Positions 21,201 through 31,323 of a stretch of 64,000 bases of DNA are shown in pieces (position 1 is the stretch's first letter; every line of letters starts with the position of its first letter). Location of the stretch: positions 1-64,000 of IMG/VR virus record IMGVR_UViG_3300030012_003218. One strand, given 5' to 3'. The notes under the pieces are model-generated. The model was not told the DNA's origin and did not search any database. It saw only the letters and a program-made list of their open reading frames with translations. The translations under genes and the position numbers were made by a program. This DNA comes from an uncultured virus (IMG/VR IMGVR_UViG_3300030012_003218). Its lineage: Duplodnaviria > Heunggongvirae > Uroviricota > Caudoviricetes.

Positions 21201-22748
21201 GTGTGTGTATAGCGATGATTCATGATTGTAATATAACCAATACTCAAAATCATCAAACCCACCAATTAACGCGTCTCTTCTGTTTGTTGACGCCGAAATA
21301 TTTGTTATTGCTTCAGAACCACTTACTCCTGTTAAAGTTGTAATTCTTGCATTATATCCTTCTACAAGTTGTAGTTTATATTTAAAGTTTCTGACTCTTT
21401 CTTCTGCAGATGAGAAGTGTATATAGTTTTGTAAATCAGAATAATCTATATTTAGTTTTACGTTTCCAAGTGAACCACTGAAAAACTTATCTACAATCTG
21501 TTGTTTTGTTGGAAGACCTGCGTCTAATAAAGAATCCCAAGATTCAAACTCTCCTGCTGCTCCTTTGTTTTCACCCAAGTCAATATTAAAGTTTGGATTT
21601 GAAAAGAACGGAATTTGATTAGGGTCTTCAAGTGCTTCATATAGAATTATGTTTTCGACATATGGTTTGTGTAACTCTAATGATATTTCAAGTGAATCGT
21701 TAACGTTTACAGTAGATGGTAATTCTTGATTTAATTTAACAATTACCTCATTTACTGTATTTAGATTCAGGTCCATCGCATTGTAGTTAACCTCTAATGA
21801 GTTTATGTTAACTGTTGTATACGTTGGTTCTAACATTGCGTTTCTTGTCGAAGCGTCTACATCTGATGGAAGTTCCTCGGGTGTGGTATATACTTCATTT
21901 TTTCTTAACCAACTTAGTGACGTGTCTGCATTTCTTCTAAGTTTAAATCTATCAAAAATACCTGTTAATCTATATTTTGTTATAGGGAAGAAACTAACAC
22001 CACCTTGAATAGTGTCATCTAAGTCTATTTCTGCGAATGTAACAAATGGAGTTGTGTTGTCATCTCCAAATCCACCTTCTAACGGACCTTGTGTTACGGG
22101 AACAAATATTGTATTTCTATTATTATCTTGTACTGATGCGTCACCTACAGGGAATGGTAGTATAGCACCATACTGTCCACCACGTTGTCCCATAAATGCG
22201 GCATTTACAATTGGATATAGTTGGTTACCACCGAAGTTTAATTGAGCAGGTAAAAATGTATCATCACCTGAAAATGTATTTCCTACAAGATTATTTGGTC
22301 TACTATAAAGTTGATATAGATTTGTAAGTCCATTTATATTATTTGATTGAATCTTAACTTCTTTTCTGTTTGGTGAAATTTCTGTTATTTTCAATCCTGA
22401 TGCTGCTTGGTGTAAAAAGTTGTATACTAACTTGTATGTTCCACTCGTATAACCTGCCTCTCTTATGTCCTGACCAGGCCTTACAAAAATAGTTTTACTA
22501 CCTGCGTCACCAACTATTGTAATTGGTGAATTAGTTTTACCACCTAAGTATGCTCCTTGTGGTGTGTAGTAGTGAACTTCCAAACTTGGACTTGTAATCC
22601 CATCAATACCTGTTACGTCCTCACTGTCTAATTGAGGATATGTTGCTCCTTCTGAAATTAGAGCAAGGTCTTGAGATGTAAACACGTCACCAAAGGCAGG
22701 TTGTTTACTTTCTATCTCTTCTATATTTGTAAATCTATTTAAAGGCAT
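18273..22748 (-). CDS. large baseplate protein (wedge-like, 1491 aa)
   Basis: MLGQHFD, IYKSKGT.RS...LISSYGIP and KQLVPARA motifs; lies downstream of the gp25/gp6-like genes. Confidence 0.65.
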   Translation of the reverse strand: MPLNRFTNIEEIESKQPAFGDVFTSQDLALISEGATYPQLDSEDVTGIDGITSPSLEVHYYTPQGAYLGGKTNSPITIVGDAGSKTIFVRPGQDIREAGYTSGTYKLVYNFLHQAASGLKITEISPNRKEVKIQSNNINGLTNLYQLYSRPNNLVGNTFSGDDTFLPAQLNFGGNQLYPIVNAAFMGQRGGQYGAILPFPVGDASVQDNNRNTIFVPVTQGPLEGGFGDDNTTPFVTFAEIDLDDTIQGGVSFFPITKYRLTGIFDRFKLRRNADTSLSWLRKNEVYTTPEELPSDVDASTRNAMLEPTYTTVNINSLEVNYNAMDLNLNTVNEVIVKLNQELPSTVNVNDSLEISLELHKPYVENIILYEALEDPNQIPFFSNPNFNIDLGENKGAAGEFESWDSLLDAGLPTKQQIVDKFFSGSLGNVKLNIDYSDLQNYIHFSSAEERVRNFKYKLQLVEGYNARITTLTGVSGSEAITNISASTNRRDALIGGFDDFEYWLYYNHESSLYTHFSSSEYRIDPYPKELKNPHTLYDLTSSQGTNWFNNTIETARTYDAFNDSKLTEMIPSNLAFDEKNEEYVEFVKMLGQHFDIFYNYIQEITQINDREEHPKDGMAQDLIEVIANSFGWKLFNGYSDTSLWTYEFGVSQEGNPIQSGSLYSKPTKEIVHETWRRLLNNVPGIYKSKGTARSFKTLISSYGIPSAFLKIREYGGPRIKDTKEIYEHERYIYKLQLDGLTNGEHPWDVINGSRPKTIEIIAKLPQGNHTIMRHPNFSGTAKVYDLMWEYNQLTGKARWVVKENNLETVATTPYVPYKQERNVVVAISSGSGGYTLNSAWVDDFGFTLANPTASWTTGSLDHCWSGVGGGAYGLAIPYVNVGSDTTSSVQEVRYYKKQLSNEVILGHAANTDAYYSDDNTTDLDIDTSYENLLYRIFPDSTYNNISGSILSRHPNQQFTASATGLILSASFDRTNRADPARLSGEVDTQFVSIPSVGALNLTNKKVRIESSSLRGPLQFDRSNEISQYDEAPLDSNLLGTYFSTTDTINFDIYASEGYFDAGDLVGDTDVRNNDGYDLLDFRARNYFQKYTGRTALQIQLDMLSRYDMSIFDSMKQLVPARADWHKGILIEPHIFERNNYLRPQGISFTQNQYESSGIATLNIISGSYLTYTSSITKDAFKPSVYKYTDIQRLSSSGDYFTDTNPYWEYSPTGSTILDARLSKTALEPKYFYSNDISASKGPEFASSASFHFARVQDDRLTGGLLNLYYNGCSISSTSLTANSPDTPDNTPVIEVSIVNDTKLVMNTTKDIDLESGGKDPKVIGIIPSEDLLSVQKYIDKNEAPNTSVSKGVDKQIEDDLFRNPPALPLLPRTRKRPIGRIAGGDKTISFDFIPSIGNTRKNVTLNVDATNSVLNNAVRKQMRRQYRSGGLGSNTMGGNVSNVGFGVGPRSSRSNTATFGALNTSRGSSSDINQNRRKNQRGGIFTNRGT

Positions 22749-23316
22749 TCTTCAAGTCCAAATATTTTCCTGTATAAGTTTTTTCTCTCATACGTTTATT
22801 TACTTTAGATGTTGTCATGTAATCATATCCTGTTACTTCATACAGACCATCTATAATCTCTTTACAATTCATTGATTTTGGTAAAAATCTTTTTTCTAAA
22901 GTTTGACCATTAACTGTCTTGATACTATAGTTGTGGTTTTTAATTCTTGTAAACTTACTTAACTTAGAAGGTCTTTGACACTTCTTTCTAATACCAAGAT
23001 GTTCAGTCCAAAGAGTTTCACAACTCCACTTTATATCTATAAACATTTTAGATTCAAATCCTAATATCATTGCTGTATCTAAAATATGTTTTAATTTTGT
23101 ATGGTCTTTTACTTCGTTTCTAAGTACAACATCAACATCCATTGTTGGAATACTTGCTCCATAAATATTTTCTGCGAATGAACCAACTAAATATACTCTA
23201 TAGTCTGATAGGTCAACACTTCTGTTGAATCTATTCCACCAACCTCTAAACGTATCAAACCTTGGTTGTTCCCAAGGTGTGAAAGTTTTTATATTTCCAA
23301 TTGTAAATTCAAACAT
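22735..23316 (-). CDS. pol-beta superfamily nucleotidyltransferase-like protein
   Basis: YLVGS...TMDVDVVL (GS...DxD) plus a later FIDI. Confidence 0.55.
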   Translation of the reverse strand: MFEFTIGNIKTFTPWEQPRFDTFRGWWNRFNRSVDLSDYRVYLVGSFAENIYGASIPTMDVDVVLRNEVKDHTKLKHILDTAMILGFESKMFIDIKWSCETLWTEHLGIRKKCQRPSKLSKFTRIKNHNYSIKTVNGQTLEKRFLPKSMNCKEIIDGLYEVTGYDYMTTSKVNKRMREKTYTGKYLDLKNAFK

Positions 23317-23327
23317 ATTATTCTCAT

Positions 23328-23864
23328 TTATAGTTGGTTAATGTTAAAGTTTAATCCTGGCCCAAACGAATCTGCATTAAAACCATAAGAGTCATATCCA
23401 CCGACTCCAATCGGACTTCCATCACCACCACCGTTTATCAACCCACCTGTAGTTCCTGCGGTACCGAATGCTGCTTGCCCTGAAGATGGAAGGGATGGTA
23501 GATTTGGTGTCGTTACACCTGCTGGATTGAATCCACTTGTTACTACTTGGTCACCTGCTATTGTACCCGCTATGGATGTTCTTACGTTTACATTACTTCG
23601 TACATTAATACTATTAAATCTTAATTCACTTATTGAAGAGTCAAGACCTTCCAATACTCGAGTTAGACTAAATCTTTCAGGAGTAGTACCCGTTCCTTCT
23701 TGACCTTCTATATAAACTTTACTATAGTTTGGAAGTGCGGTTCCCGGCGGTACAGAATCAGGTGAAGGGATTTCATAGGACACGACTTGTCCTCTGACAT
23801 TTCTTTTCAGTTCTCTATCACCTTGTACTCCAACTATTGTTGGTGTTGTTGTTTGTTCGCTCAT
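23328..23864 (-). CDS. hypothetical protein, probably structural
   Basis: Start coupled to the upstream stop; Gly-rich C-terminus. Confidence 0.5.
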   Translation of the reverse strand: MSEQTTTPTIVGVQGDRELKRNVRGQVVSYEIPSPDSVPPGTALPNYSKVYIEGQEGTGTTPERFSLTRVLEGLDSSISELRFNSINVRSNVNVRTSIAGTIAGDQVVTSGFNPAGVTTPNLPSLPSSGQAAFGTAGTTGGLINGGGDGSPIGVGGYDSYGFNADSFGPGLNFNINQL

Positions 23865-25939
23865 TATCTAACTACCTTAAAGTAAAAGTTGTCATCGTAG
23901 TATCTAATGTTACCACCTTGGTCAACTCTAAAACAAAATTTGTAAAATCTTTCGGGTTGTAATCCGTTGAACCAAAAATTAAAGTAATTACCACTACTAT
24001 CACAACTTAACTTTGTGTAGTTAGTATCGAATGGAACAATCACTTGTTCCGTGTCTGCGTCAACTACTGAGTAATATGAAGTTGAAGGTAAATACTTTAC
24101 CGTTTTCAATGGACTTGTAGAGAAACTTCTATTAGGATATCTTTCTCTACCGAATACTCTTATTTTTCCTTTTGACGATTCTTTGTATTCAGTTTGTAAA
24201 TTTTTAACGTAAATGATTAAATCGTCACCACTTAATGCCTCTAATGACCCTGTATCAAATGAAGAGTCATCCCACCTTGCTTCTAATACAGGTGGATATA
24301 TTGTATGTGTATCAGTTGAGAAGAATTTAATCTTACCGAAGTTGATTGTTGAGTTCTCATCTGTTTTAGATTTCTTAATTATGAATCCGTTATTTGTTCT
24401 TGTTCCGTCAATCCATTCTGATACATAGTCGGTTACTTCGACATCGATGTTATCAGTATTTCTATTAAAAGATTGATAGTAATGCTTTCCACTTCCAAAT
24501 GAAGAAGTAAACCATGTACCACCCCCTGATGTTTTATTAAAATGTGCTTCATAGTCGTTATCATTAAATCTTGCACTTGTTGTATCATGGTCAAATGATT
24601 TTATTAAGAAGTTATCTAACGATGCACTTGCTTGTAAATCACTACCACTTGCGTAATAAGACCATCGGAAGTTGTGTTGTCCTGATTCTCTTGCTTGGAA
24701 TATAATTCTTTGAGTCATACTTGACGTTATATATCTTGTATAACCTGTAAAGTCATTTATGTCTACTAATCTACCCGTTGGTGTTTGTACTGTAAACTCA
24801 ACTCCTAATGGAGTGTTATCACCATATGTATCAGGGAAGTTTCCTGGCACTATATCAAAACTCGCTGTATAGTTTGCGTTTTCTTGTAGACTAAACTTTC
24901 TGTTTAATGTTGCTCCACCAAACTTTGATGATGTCATGGTCAATGTATTATTCAATACTTCTGCTGAACCTGTGATACCATCTAAGTTTTCAATCCCCTC
25001 ATTTACTATGTAACTTGAAGGTAGGTCAGTTAGGTTTGATGCGAATTGGTCAAACACCAAAGTGTTAGGGTCTGTTGTTGTAAAGAAGAAAAAGTTATCT
25101 ATGTTTCCTTCTGACCCGTTTGAACCGTCATCGTCAAAATATGTAAACTGAAACTTATGAACTCCTGGCATACTTGCCGTAAATGCCATTTTATATGTTG
25201 CTGTTGATACTAATGATTCTTGGAACCCAACAATGTCTGAGTTTAATAGAGACCCACTTGGATTGATTACATTGAAATCAACTCCTGATAATGATTCTCT
25301 GTTAAAATCAAACTGAATATTGTATACTGACCCCGAGTCTAATGAAGATGATAAGTTTGCTGTACCACCACTAAATTCTGATGCTGACATAATCAATCTA
25401 CCACCTGATACAAATAGTAATGGGTCATCTCCATTTGAACCTTTTATCTTGTCAACTAATTCAAAGTTACCAAGACTTCCTGCGAAGTTGTAATATGCGT
25501 TTAATGAGTTTAGTGTATCTACATCTACTGCTTTTCCTACTGTAGAGTTATCTACATCCCATCTTGAACCACTGATTCTAAACACCCAATTTGATGCGTG
25601 TTCACTCTTTGGTGAATCATTAAACTGACCAAGTCCTTCATTCCATGATTCTTTTAGTGGGTATACGAATAAATCAAAGTCGTCTTGTAGTTCCGAACTT
25701 TCTATATTTTCTAATCTTAATCTATATTGAGGTGACGTGATTGTTCCGTCTGCTACAGAGGATGATATTGGTGTCAAATCGAAACCAAGAAGTATTCTAC
25801 TGTTTCCAACAAATGTTATGTTGTCATCACCATAGAACTTACCTACTTCGAGAATTTGGTCTTTACCTGTATTCTGAAGTTTTAGGTTGTCCTTCTCGTA
25901 GATAGTGTTGTCTTTATTTGGGTATATTCTATATATCAT
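23864..25939 (-). CDS. virion structural protein
   Basis: 691-aa beta-rich ORF (NTGKDQILEV, SRILLGFD, FFSTDTHTIYPP.LE.RWDD) in the baseplate module. Confidence 0.6.
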   Translation of the reverse strand: MIYRIYPNKDNTIYEKDNLKLQNTGKDQILEVGKFYGDDNITFVGNSRILLGFDLTPISSSVADGTITSPQYRLRLENIESSELQDDFDLFVYPLKESWNEGLGQFNDSPKSEHASNWVFRISGSRWDVDNSTVGKAVDVDTLNSLNAYYNFAGSLGNFELVDKIKGSNGDDPLLFVSGGRLIMSASEFSGGTANLSSSLDSGSVYNIQFDFNRESLSGVDFNVINPSGSLLNSDIVGFQESLVSTATYKMAFTASMPGVHKFQFTYFDDDGSNGSEGNIDNFFFFTTTDPNTLVFDQFASNLTDLPSSYIVNEGIENLDGITGSAEVLNNTLTMTSSKFGGATLNRKFSLQENANYTASFDIVPGNFPDTYGDNTPLGVEFTVQTPTGRLVDINDFTGYTRYITSSMTQRIIFQARESGQHNFRWSYYASGSDLQASASLDNFLIKSFDHDTTSARFNDNDYEAHFNKTSGGGTWFTSSFGSGKHYYQSFNRNTDNIDVEVTDYVSEWIDGTRTNNGFIIKKSKTDENSTINFGKIKFFSTDTHTIYPPVLEARWDDSSFDTGSLEALSGDDLIIYVKNLQTEYKESSKGKIRVFGRERYPNRSFSTSPLKTVKYLPSTSYYSVVDADTEQVIVPFDTNYTKLSCDSSGNYFNFWFNGLQPERFYKFCFRVDQGGNIRYYDDNFYFKVVR

Positions 25940-25949
25940 TTTTCACCTC

Positions 25950-27863
25950 TTAAAATAATGGTACCACTCTACCTCTAATGTCTGTATCAGGATATTTAAC
26001 CTCAAATATAGACGGGTCTTTAGGTGGATAGATTACACCATTTCTCGTTGCGTATTTCATGTCGTATCTTCTCGGTGAGTAGGTTCCACCGTACTTGTTG
26101 GAAATTTGTAATCCACCAAGTCCGTCCTTATCAGGTCTTACAACACTTTGTACACCGTCCACGTCATCTAACATGACATATACATCCGACAATAATATCG
26201 GTTGATTTATTTGTTGATTGTCTACTTTGAAATAATCTCTTAATTTACTTATACATTTTAAAAGTATTTCATTTGAATTGTAATTTGGTTTTACTACTAT
26301 CTCGAAATCGATTCCTATATTTACAATGTATGCGTTTTTGATATTAATCGCATCTGTAAGTATTCTATAGAACGATAAATAATTCGCAAGGTTTTGTTTT
26401 GTTGCGGTATTTAGTTCTGTAATTTTTTTATTTGCATCATATCCTAATACATAGAAGTTTAGACCAAGTGGATTTGGTATTGGTTTTCCTGCGTCATCTA
26501 ATATTGTTTGTATTTGGAAATCAGGAGCGACAAATGCTTTTGCTACCGAACCAAATTGTGGTGGCATTGCATAAGTTCTAACTACATAGTCTTCTCTTGT
26601 TACTGACCTGTTTTGTGCTCCAAAGTATGCTTTTGCATTTTCTCTTACTTCTTCAACTGTCTCTTCGAACTTACCACCAACTGCCGCTGCTTCGTTATTC
26701 ATTGCAATTGAGTTTCTTGATTGGTTGAATAGTGCTGTATCGAGACCTAAGTTTGATGTTTCAATCTCAACGTTCGCAATTTGATTTAAGTCATTACTTG
26801 GAACGTTATCAGATACACCTTTACTTACTCGATATCTAACTGTTAGTGTTTGGTTAGCAGGAGCCACTCCATATGTTTTAGAATACAGAAAGTTCGATGG
26901 GTCTAAACCTTGATTTAGGTTACCACTCGCATTATATAATGCAGACCCAACGTTGTCAGGGTTTGGAAGTAGTTCTTCGTCTGCGTTTGCAGATATACCT
27001 GCTCCAAACTGAATATGTATTTCACCTTCATCTGATACTCTTGTAATATATCTCTTCGGTACTTTTTTTAATTTTAGTAACGAAGGTGTATCAGAACTAT
27101 ATGCTGAATACTCTAATGAGTACTCTTCAGTGTTTGGAGTTTCTTCGAATACGGTGTCTTGACCAAGGTAATCTACCTTTGTCCAATCTTCACCGTCATC
27201 ATCGGATATTTTGATTACATCTATAAGACCGTCTTCGTCTTGTAATCTAATTTTGTCATATATCTTTGGGGCGCCAAATGTAAAAGTTTGTGTCTTTTCT
27301 TTACCACTTGTTGCTTTTACATACTTCTTTAAAAGATATTTAATTGGTTCGTTGTTGTTATCGTTAATCTGATAAACGGAAACTTCAGTAGGGTCGAATG
27401 AAGATGAGTAATTAAATCTAACTTTTTGATTTGTACTAAATTCAACTTCACCGTTTGATTCTGCTGTTACAGTCGCTCCCTCTTTGATTGTAAGTGCATA
27501 TCTCCAATCGGGTCTTACACTATCACCACTACCTATTGATGGTACGATTTGGAAAACACTTAGTGTTGTTGTAGCAGGAACATTTAGTTTTGGTTTATAT
27601 CCTACTGCTTGTGCAATCGTAAATATATTTTTCTTTTCCTGTGCTTCTTCTAATAAAGATTCTCTTAACTGAACATCAGTATAATAAGAAAGTACATCAC
27701 CAACATATGACGCAAGTTCCAATATCATCATCCCCGGCGATGATTCGTTGAAATCATTATATGTTTGAGGGAAGTAAGTTTTTGTGAAGTCAACAAGATT
27801 ATTTCTTATTTCTCCAAAATCTCTTCCTAAAAGTTTTACTTCCTTTTTTATTTTGTCTGCCAT
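25950..27863 (-). CDS. baseplate wedge subunit, T4 gp6/baseplate J-like
   Basis: RDF..IRNNL...ELASYVGDVLSYY, IQFGAG, AQNRSVTREDY. Confidence 0.85.
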   Translation of the reverse strand: MADKIKKEVKLLGRDFGEIRNNLVDFTKTYFPQTYNDFNESSPGMMILELASYVGDVLSYYTDVQLRESLLEEAQEKKNIFTIAQAVGYKPKLNVPATTTLSVFQIVPSIGSGDSVRPDWRYALTIKEGATVTAESNGEVEFSTNQKVRFNYSSSFDPTEVSVYQINDNNNEPIKYLLKKYVKATSGKEKTQTFTFGAPKIYDKIRLQDEDGLIDVIKISDDDGEDWTKVDYLGQDTVFEETPNTEEYSLEYSAYSSDTPSLLKLKKVPKRYITRVSDEGEIHIQFGAGISANADEELLPNPDNVGSALYNASGNLNQGLDPSNFLYSKTYGVAPANQTLTVRYRVSKGVSDNVPSNDLNQIANVEIETSNLGLDTALFNQSRNSIAMNNEAAAVGGKFEETVEEVRENAKAYFGAQNRSVTREDYVVRTYAMPPQFGSVAKAFVAPDFQIQTILDDAGKPIPNPLGLNFYVLGYDANKKITELNTATKQNLANYLSFYRILTDAINIKNAYIVNIGIDFEIVVKPNYNSNEILLKCISKLRDYFKVDNQQINQPILLSDVYVMLDDVDGVQSVVRPDKDGLGGLQISNKYGGTYSPRRYDMKYATRNGVIYPPKDPSIFEVKYPDTDIRGRVVPLF

Positions 27864-27872
27864 ATTCTAACC

Positions 27873-28310
27873 CTATGCGATTGAAAGACTACCCTGTTCG
27901 TCTACGTTTAATATAATTATCTGATTTGCTCCACTTTCTCCTACAGAAAACGAAAAAGAAATATTAATTCTGTTCTCATTGGGTAAATCATCTACTATAA
28001 TCTCTTTCATTTGAATGTAGGGTAACCAAAATTCTATATCCTTTTGTAACCCTGCTCTCAGGTTGTCAAGTAATTTTTTTGTTATGTTCTCAAACAAGAA
28101 AGATGGGACATCGGTTCCAAATAATGGTTGAAACGGTCTTTCCCCTTTTCTTGTTAATAATAAGTTTTTTAAGTTGGATATTGCCTGTTCTTCTGTCGTG
28201 AATGTAGTAGCAAAAATAGGTACACCACCTAATGGTAGTGGGATACCCACACCTACATTTTTCTGTAGGTCTAATGGATGATACTTTTTCTCTTCACGTT
28301 TTCTTGACAT
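27873..28310 (-). CDS. baseplate wedge gp25-like protein
   Basis: NLKNLLLTRKGERPFQPLFGT...IEFWLPYI. Confidence 0.9.
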   Translation of the reverse strand: MSRKREEKKYHPLDLQKNVGVGIPLPLGGVPIFATTFTTEEQAISNLKNLLLTRKGERPFQPLFGTDVPSFLFENITKKLLDNLRAGLQKDIEFWLPYIQMKEIIVDDLPNENRINISFSFSVGESGANQIIILNVDEQGSLSIA

Positions 28311-28756
28311 TATACTCTACCCTTCTTTGTATCTATTGCTTTCATTAACTGAGAATAGTCTCTTGTTAATGCTTGACCAACACCTGAGTTCATCACTGCG
28401 TTTACATCAACTTCTCTACCATCAGAATCAGTCTGTGGTATCATTGATTGTTGTGTTGGTTGGTTACTAAGACCCATCATCGATGCCATGGTTTGTCTGT
28501 CCATACCTTGAGCGTGTTGTGATGTCAAGGTTTGTCCACCCATAGTATCCCAAGTGTCTACTGTTTCATTTAACAAGTCAGAAAACTTGTTACTCTTAAA
28601 CTTGACTTTTGGTTTTTTACTTTGAGTTTTAGTTTGAGGCGTACTCATCTCTTTAATAACAGATTCTCTGATAGTTGTTTTTTGTTTTTCAACTTCCTTA
28701 CGAACCTCTTCTTTTATCAAGAGTTTTAACGCTTTTACAAATTTATTAGTGTCCAT
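28310..28756 (-). CDS. conserved phage hypothetical protein
   Basis: Likely start MDTNKF at 28756, just downstream of a TATTTATA motif; LIKEEVR and ALTRDYSQLMKA. Confidence 0.6.
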   Translation of the reverse strand: MDTNKFVKALKLLIKEEVRKEVEKQKTTIRESVIKEMSTPQTKTQSKKPKVKFKSNKFSDLLNETVDTWDTMGGQTLTSQHAQGMDRQTMASMMGLSNQPTQQSMIPQTDSDGREVDVNAVMNSGVGQALTRDYSQLMKAIDTKKGRV

Positions 28757-28800
28757 AATTGTATTTGTTTTTATATAAATATGTTTAACATAAATTATTA

Positions 28801-29280
28801 TTACGACCAAGGTGAAACTACTGTACCAATTGTGTATGTTCCTGTTCTCATATACACGTCAACAGCAGTTGAAAACTTAGTTGCAAATATTTGTCTTGAA
28901 TTTGGTATTGGACTCACGGGAGTCCCCCAAATAGTTAATAATGTTATCTTTAACGCTGCTAATCCTGCTGGTGGAGTCGCTGCTGTTGCTCCTGCTGCTA
29001 TCATCCCCGCGGGGAATTGAGCAGTATATGCTGCTAACCAATCTGCAAACATTAACATAAATTTACCATTTGGTGCACTTGGTATTGCACTTGTAGCAAG
29101 ATTTGCTTTGAATGATTGGTCCATTGGTGATTTACCATTGACTGCATATATTATTGGATTAGAATAGGAAATAATTGCCTCACCGATTGTTTCTGCTGCG
29201 GATTCATATGTGGTTCCATCATCCACCGCATCAAAAATACTTAATATATCGTTTTTTAAATTTGCTTTTATTAAAGGCAT
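28801..29280 (-). CDS. hypothetical protein in the baseplate module
   Basis: 159-aa ORF in the operon, directly after the hub/spike-like gene. Confidence 0.5.
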   Translation of the reverse strand: MPLIKANLKNDILSIFDAVDDGTTYESAAETIGEAIISYSNPIIYAVNGKSPMDQSFKANLATSAIPSAPNGKFMLMFADWLAAYTAQFPAGMIAAGATAATPPAGLAALKITLLTIWGTPVSPIPNSRQIFATKFSTAVDVYMRTGTYTIGTVVSPWS

Positions 29281-29289
29281 TGTAACTTC

Positions 29290-30252
29290 CTATTGACTAA
29301 TCTTACTCTTCAGTGCTGCTACTTTAGATACTGCAGGTGCTAACGGACCTGTAGGACCTACGGGTGTAGGATACTTTCCTTCTGCAATTATTTTTAATAT
29401 CTCTAATAAGTCATCTAAGTATTCATTTAGTAACAACTTATATCCACTTGTACTAATAGCAAGATTATCTTTAGATGATAATATAATTGATTCATCTCTT
29501 GCGTTCAAATGGATTCTACCTGAATTCATGAAGATACCTTTATCACTATATCCACTTGTCGCAGATATTGGTGGTAAAGAATTTGGTGTTGATAATTTTA
29601 CAGTTTGTCCCGATGTTAAATAAATTGACGAATCATCTTTATCAACATCTTCAATAACAAATTTATTCCAACCACCTTCTTCTTGATGGTTTCTAATTAT
29701 TGTTATTGGTTTAGTTGGGTCACCACTCCAACTTGGGTCTTTTGATGTACCTGCTCCTGATGGTGTGTGACCAAGTCTTATTGATTGACCATACCTACCT
29801 TCTATCAAAACATCACCACTAAATGGTTGAAGTCCTGATAAGTCTTTTACTTCATCAAAACCTGCTTGAAATTCAAAATCTTTTTCGTTATTGGATTCAG
29901 GATTACCTGCTGCTGCTTCGGAGTAACCACCCGAACCACCTTTACCTTTTGATGCGGTTATTGACTTTGGTAGTACGTTGTGGTTTATATTGTGTTGTAG
30001 TGAATTACTTGTAATATAAAAATATCGTCTTCCACCACCACTCGTTTTACTATCTGAACTTTTACCTTTTACTAAATAAACAAGTTCACCTACTACGGGA
30101 ACTCTTTTGATATTTACGTCAAGTGGGTATACGATTTCTGTAGTTAGTGAAGACCCTGTCGAGGTTTTTATGGCTACTTCTATTCCATGTAGTTGGTCAC
30201 CATCACTGTCTACTAACTCTATCTTTGTTACAAGTCCATAAAGATTACTCAT
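29290..30252 (-). CDS. baseplate hub/spike-like protein
   Basis: PVVGELV OB-fold-like start, GDVLIEGRYGQSIRLG, beta-repeat region, PTPVGPTGP tip. Confidence 0.6.
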   Translation of the reverse strand: MSNLYGLVTKIELVDSDGDQLHGIEVAIKTSTGSSLTTEIVYPLDVNIKRVPVVGELVYLVKGKSSDSKTSGGGRRYFYITSNSLQHNINHNVLPKSITASKGKGGSGGYSEAAAGNPESNNEKDFEFQAGFDEVKDLSGLQPFSGDVLIEGRYGQSIRLGHTPSGAGTSKDPSWSGDPTKPITIIRNHQEEGGWNKFVIEDVDKDDSSIYLTSGQTVKLSTPNSLPPISATSGYSDKGIFMNSGRIHLNARDESIILSSKDNLAISTSGYKLLLNEYLDDLLEILKIIAEGKYPTPVGPTGPLAPAVSKVAALKSKISQ

Positions 30253-30604
30253 CTTCGTCTCCTTTGACAGGTAGGTCCTTTTCTACCTCGTCTATGGCAT
30301 CCATTAGTTGTCGTTTCTCTTCGTCACTTAATAATAGACCACCACCTTCATTGTTGTTATCTTTCATTAATCTTTGTACGATTGCTGCTAACTTAATTAA
30401 TGCGTCATCGTTCTTTACAGATATTTCAAGATATTCTTTTATTAAAGGAACAACTACTGAAGCATCATTTAGGTTCTTGACCATTGGTTCAAGTTGTGCA
30501 ATCAGTAGTTTTATTTGTCGGTCTTTCTTTTTTTGATTTGAATAAATGTCTGACATCAAATCTTGGAATGACCGTCCTTTAAAAATTTCGTCTTCTATAT
30601 TCAT
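30245..30604 (-). CDS. conserved phage hypothetical protein
   Basis: Helical 119-aa ORF, translationally coupled on both sides. Confidence 0.55.
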   Translation of the reverse strand: MNIEDEIFKGRSFQDLMSDIYSNQKKKDRQIKLLIAQLEPMVKNLNDASVVVPLIKEYLEISVKNDDALIKLAAIVQRLMKDNNNEGGGLLLSDEEKRQLMDAIDEVEKDLPVKGDEDE

Positions 30605-31323
30605 TAGATAAACTCCTCTATTCTATGATTGAGTCTGAGGTTTCCTACGTTCAGATAATCAATGTATAGTTCTTTGTATACTAACTTTAGTTTTCCAATT
30701 ACTTTTGTTATATATTGAGTTTGAACTCCTGTCCTCTCTCTAATAAGTATGTAAAGAGCCTTTTTGTTGTAGGAATATAAATCCTTTCGTGTTCTAAATA
30801 ACTCATTTACTGAATCAGCAATCTTTTGGTCTCTTGGTTTATCAAACATCTTGTAAAGATTTGCGTCAATATATCTAACATAGAAATCAAAAAAGTCTGC
30901 CATACTATCTTTTAGATTTTGGTCATAAACTTCATTTGTTATATTTCTTGAAGTGTCAATATACTTTACCTCAGTCTTCTGTTTCATTCTTTGGTAGTTC
31001 TGATTGTTCTCGTTAAACAGGTAGTTTCTAGCTACAACTGTAAAGTATGAGAACGCTCTACCATTCGTTCCATTAAACTTGTCTATCTTTTGATTTAGAA
31101 ACGCGACTACATTTGCTTTTACGTCATCATATGGTACGTCAAAGTAATAAGTCTTGTATGTGTGAATTACATTTTCAGATAGTTTATCGAATGGATAATG
31201 AATAAATCTATTGTAGATTTTATTCTTTAACTTGTCATCGTCAGAATTATTATACGCGTTTATTGCGATTTCTGTTATCTTTGTAAAATATCTTTTACTC
31301 CTCTTCCTTCGTTTCCTCGGCAT
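30604..31323 (-). CDS. phage sigma factor (gp55-like, probably for late transcription)
   Basis: Region-2-like KF....GRAFSYFTVVARNYL. Confidence 0.65.
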   Translation of the reverse strand: MPRKRRKRSKRYFTKITEIAINAYNNSDDDKLKNKIYNRFIHYPFDKLSENVIHTYKTYYFDVPYDDVKANVVAFLNQKIDKFNGTNGRAFSYFTVVARNYLFNENNQNYQRMKQKTEVKYIDTSRNITNEVYDQNLKDSMADFFDFYVRYIDANLYKMFDKPRDQKIADSVNELFRTRKDLYSYNKKALYILIRERTGVQTQYITKVIGKLKLVYKELYIDYLNVGNLRLNHRIEEFI

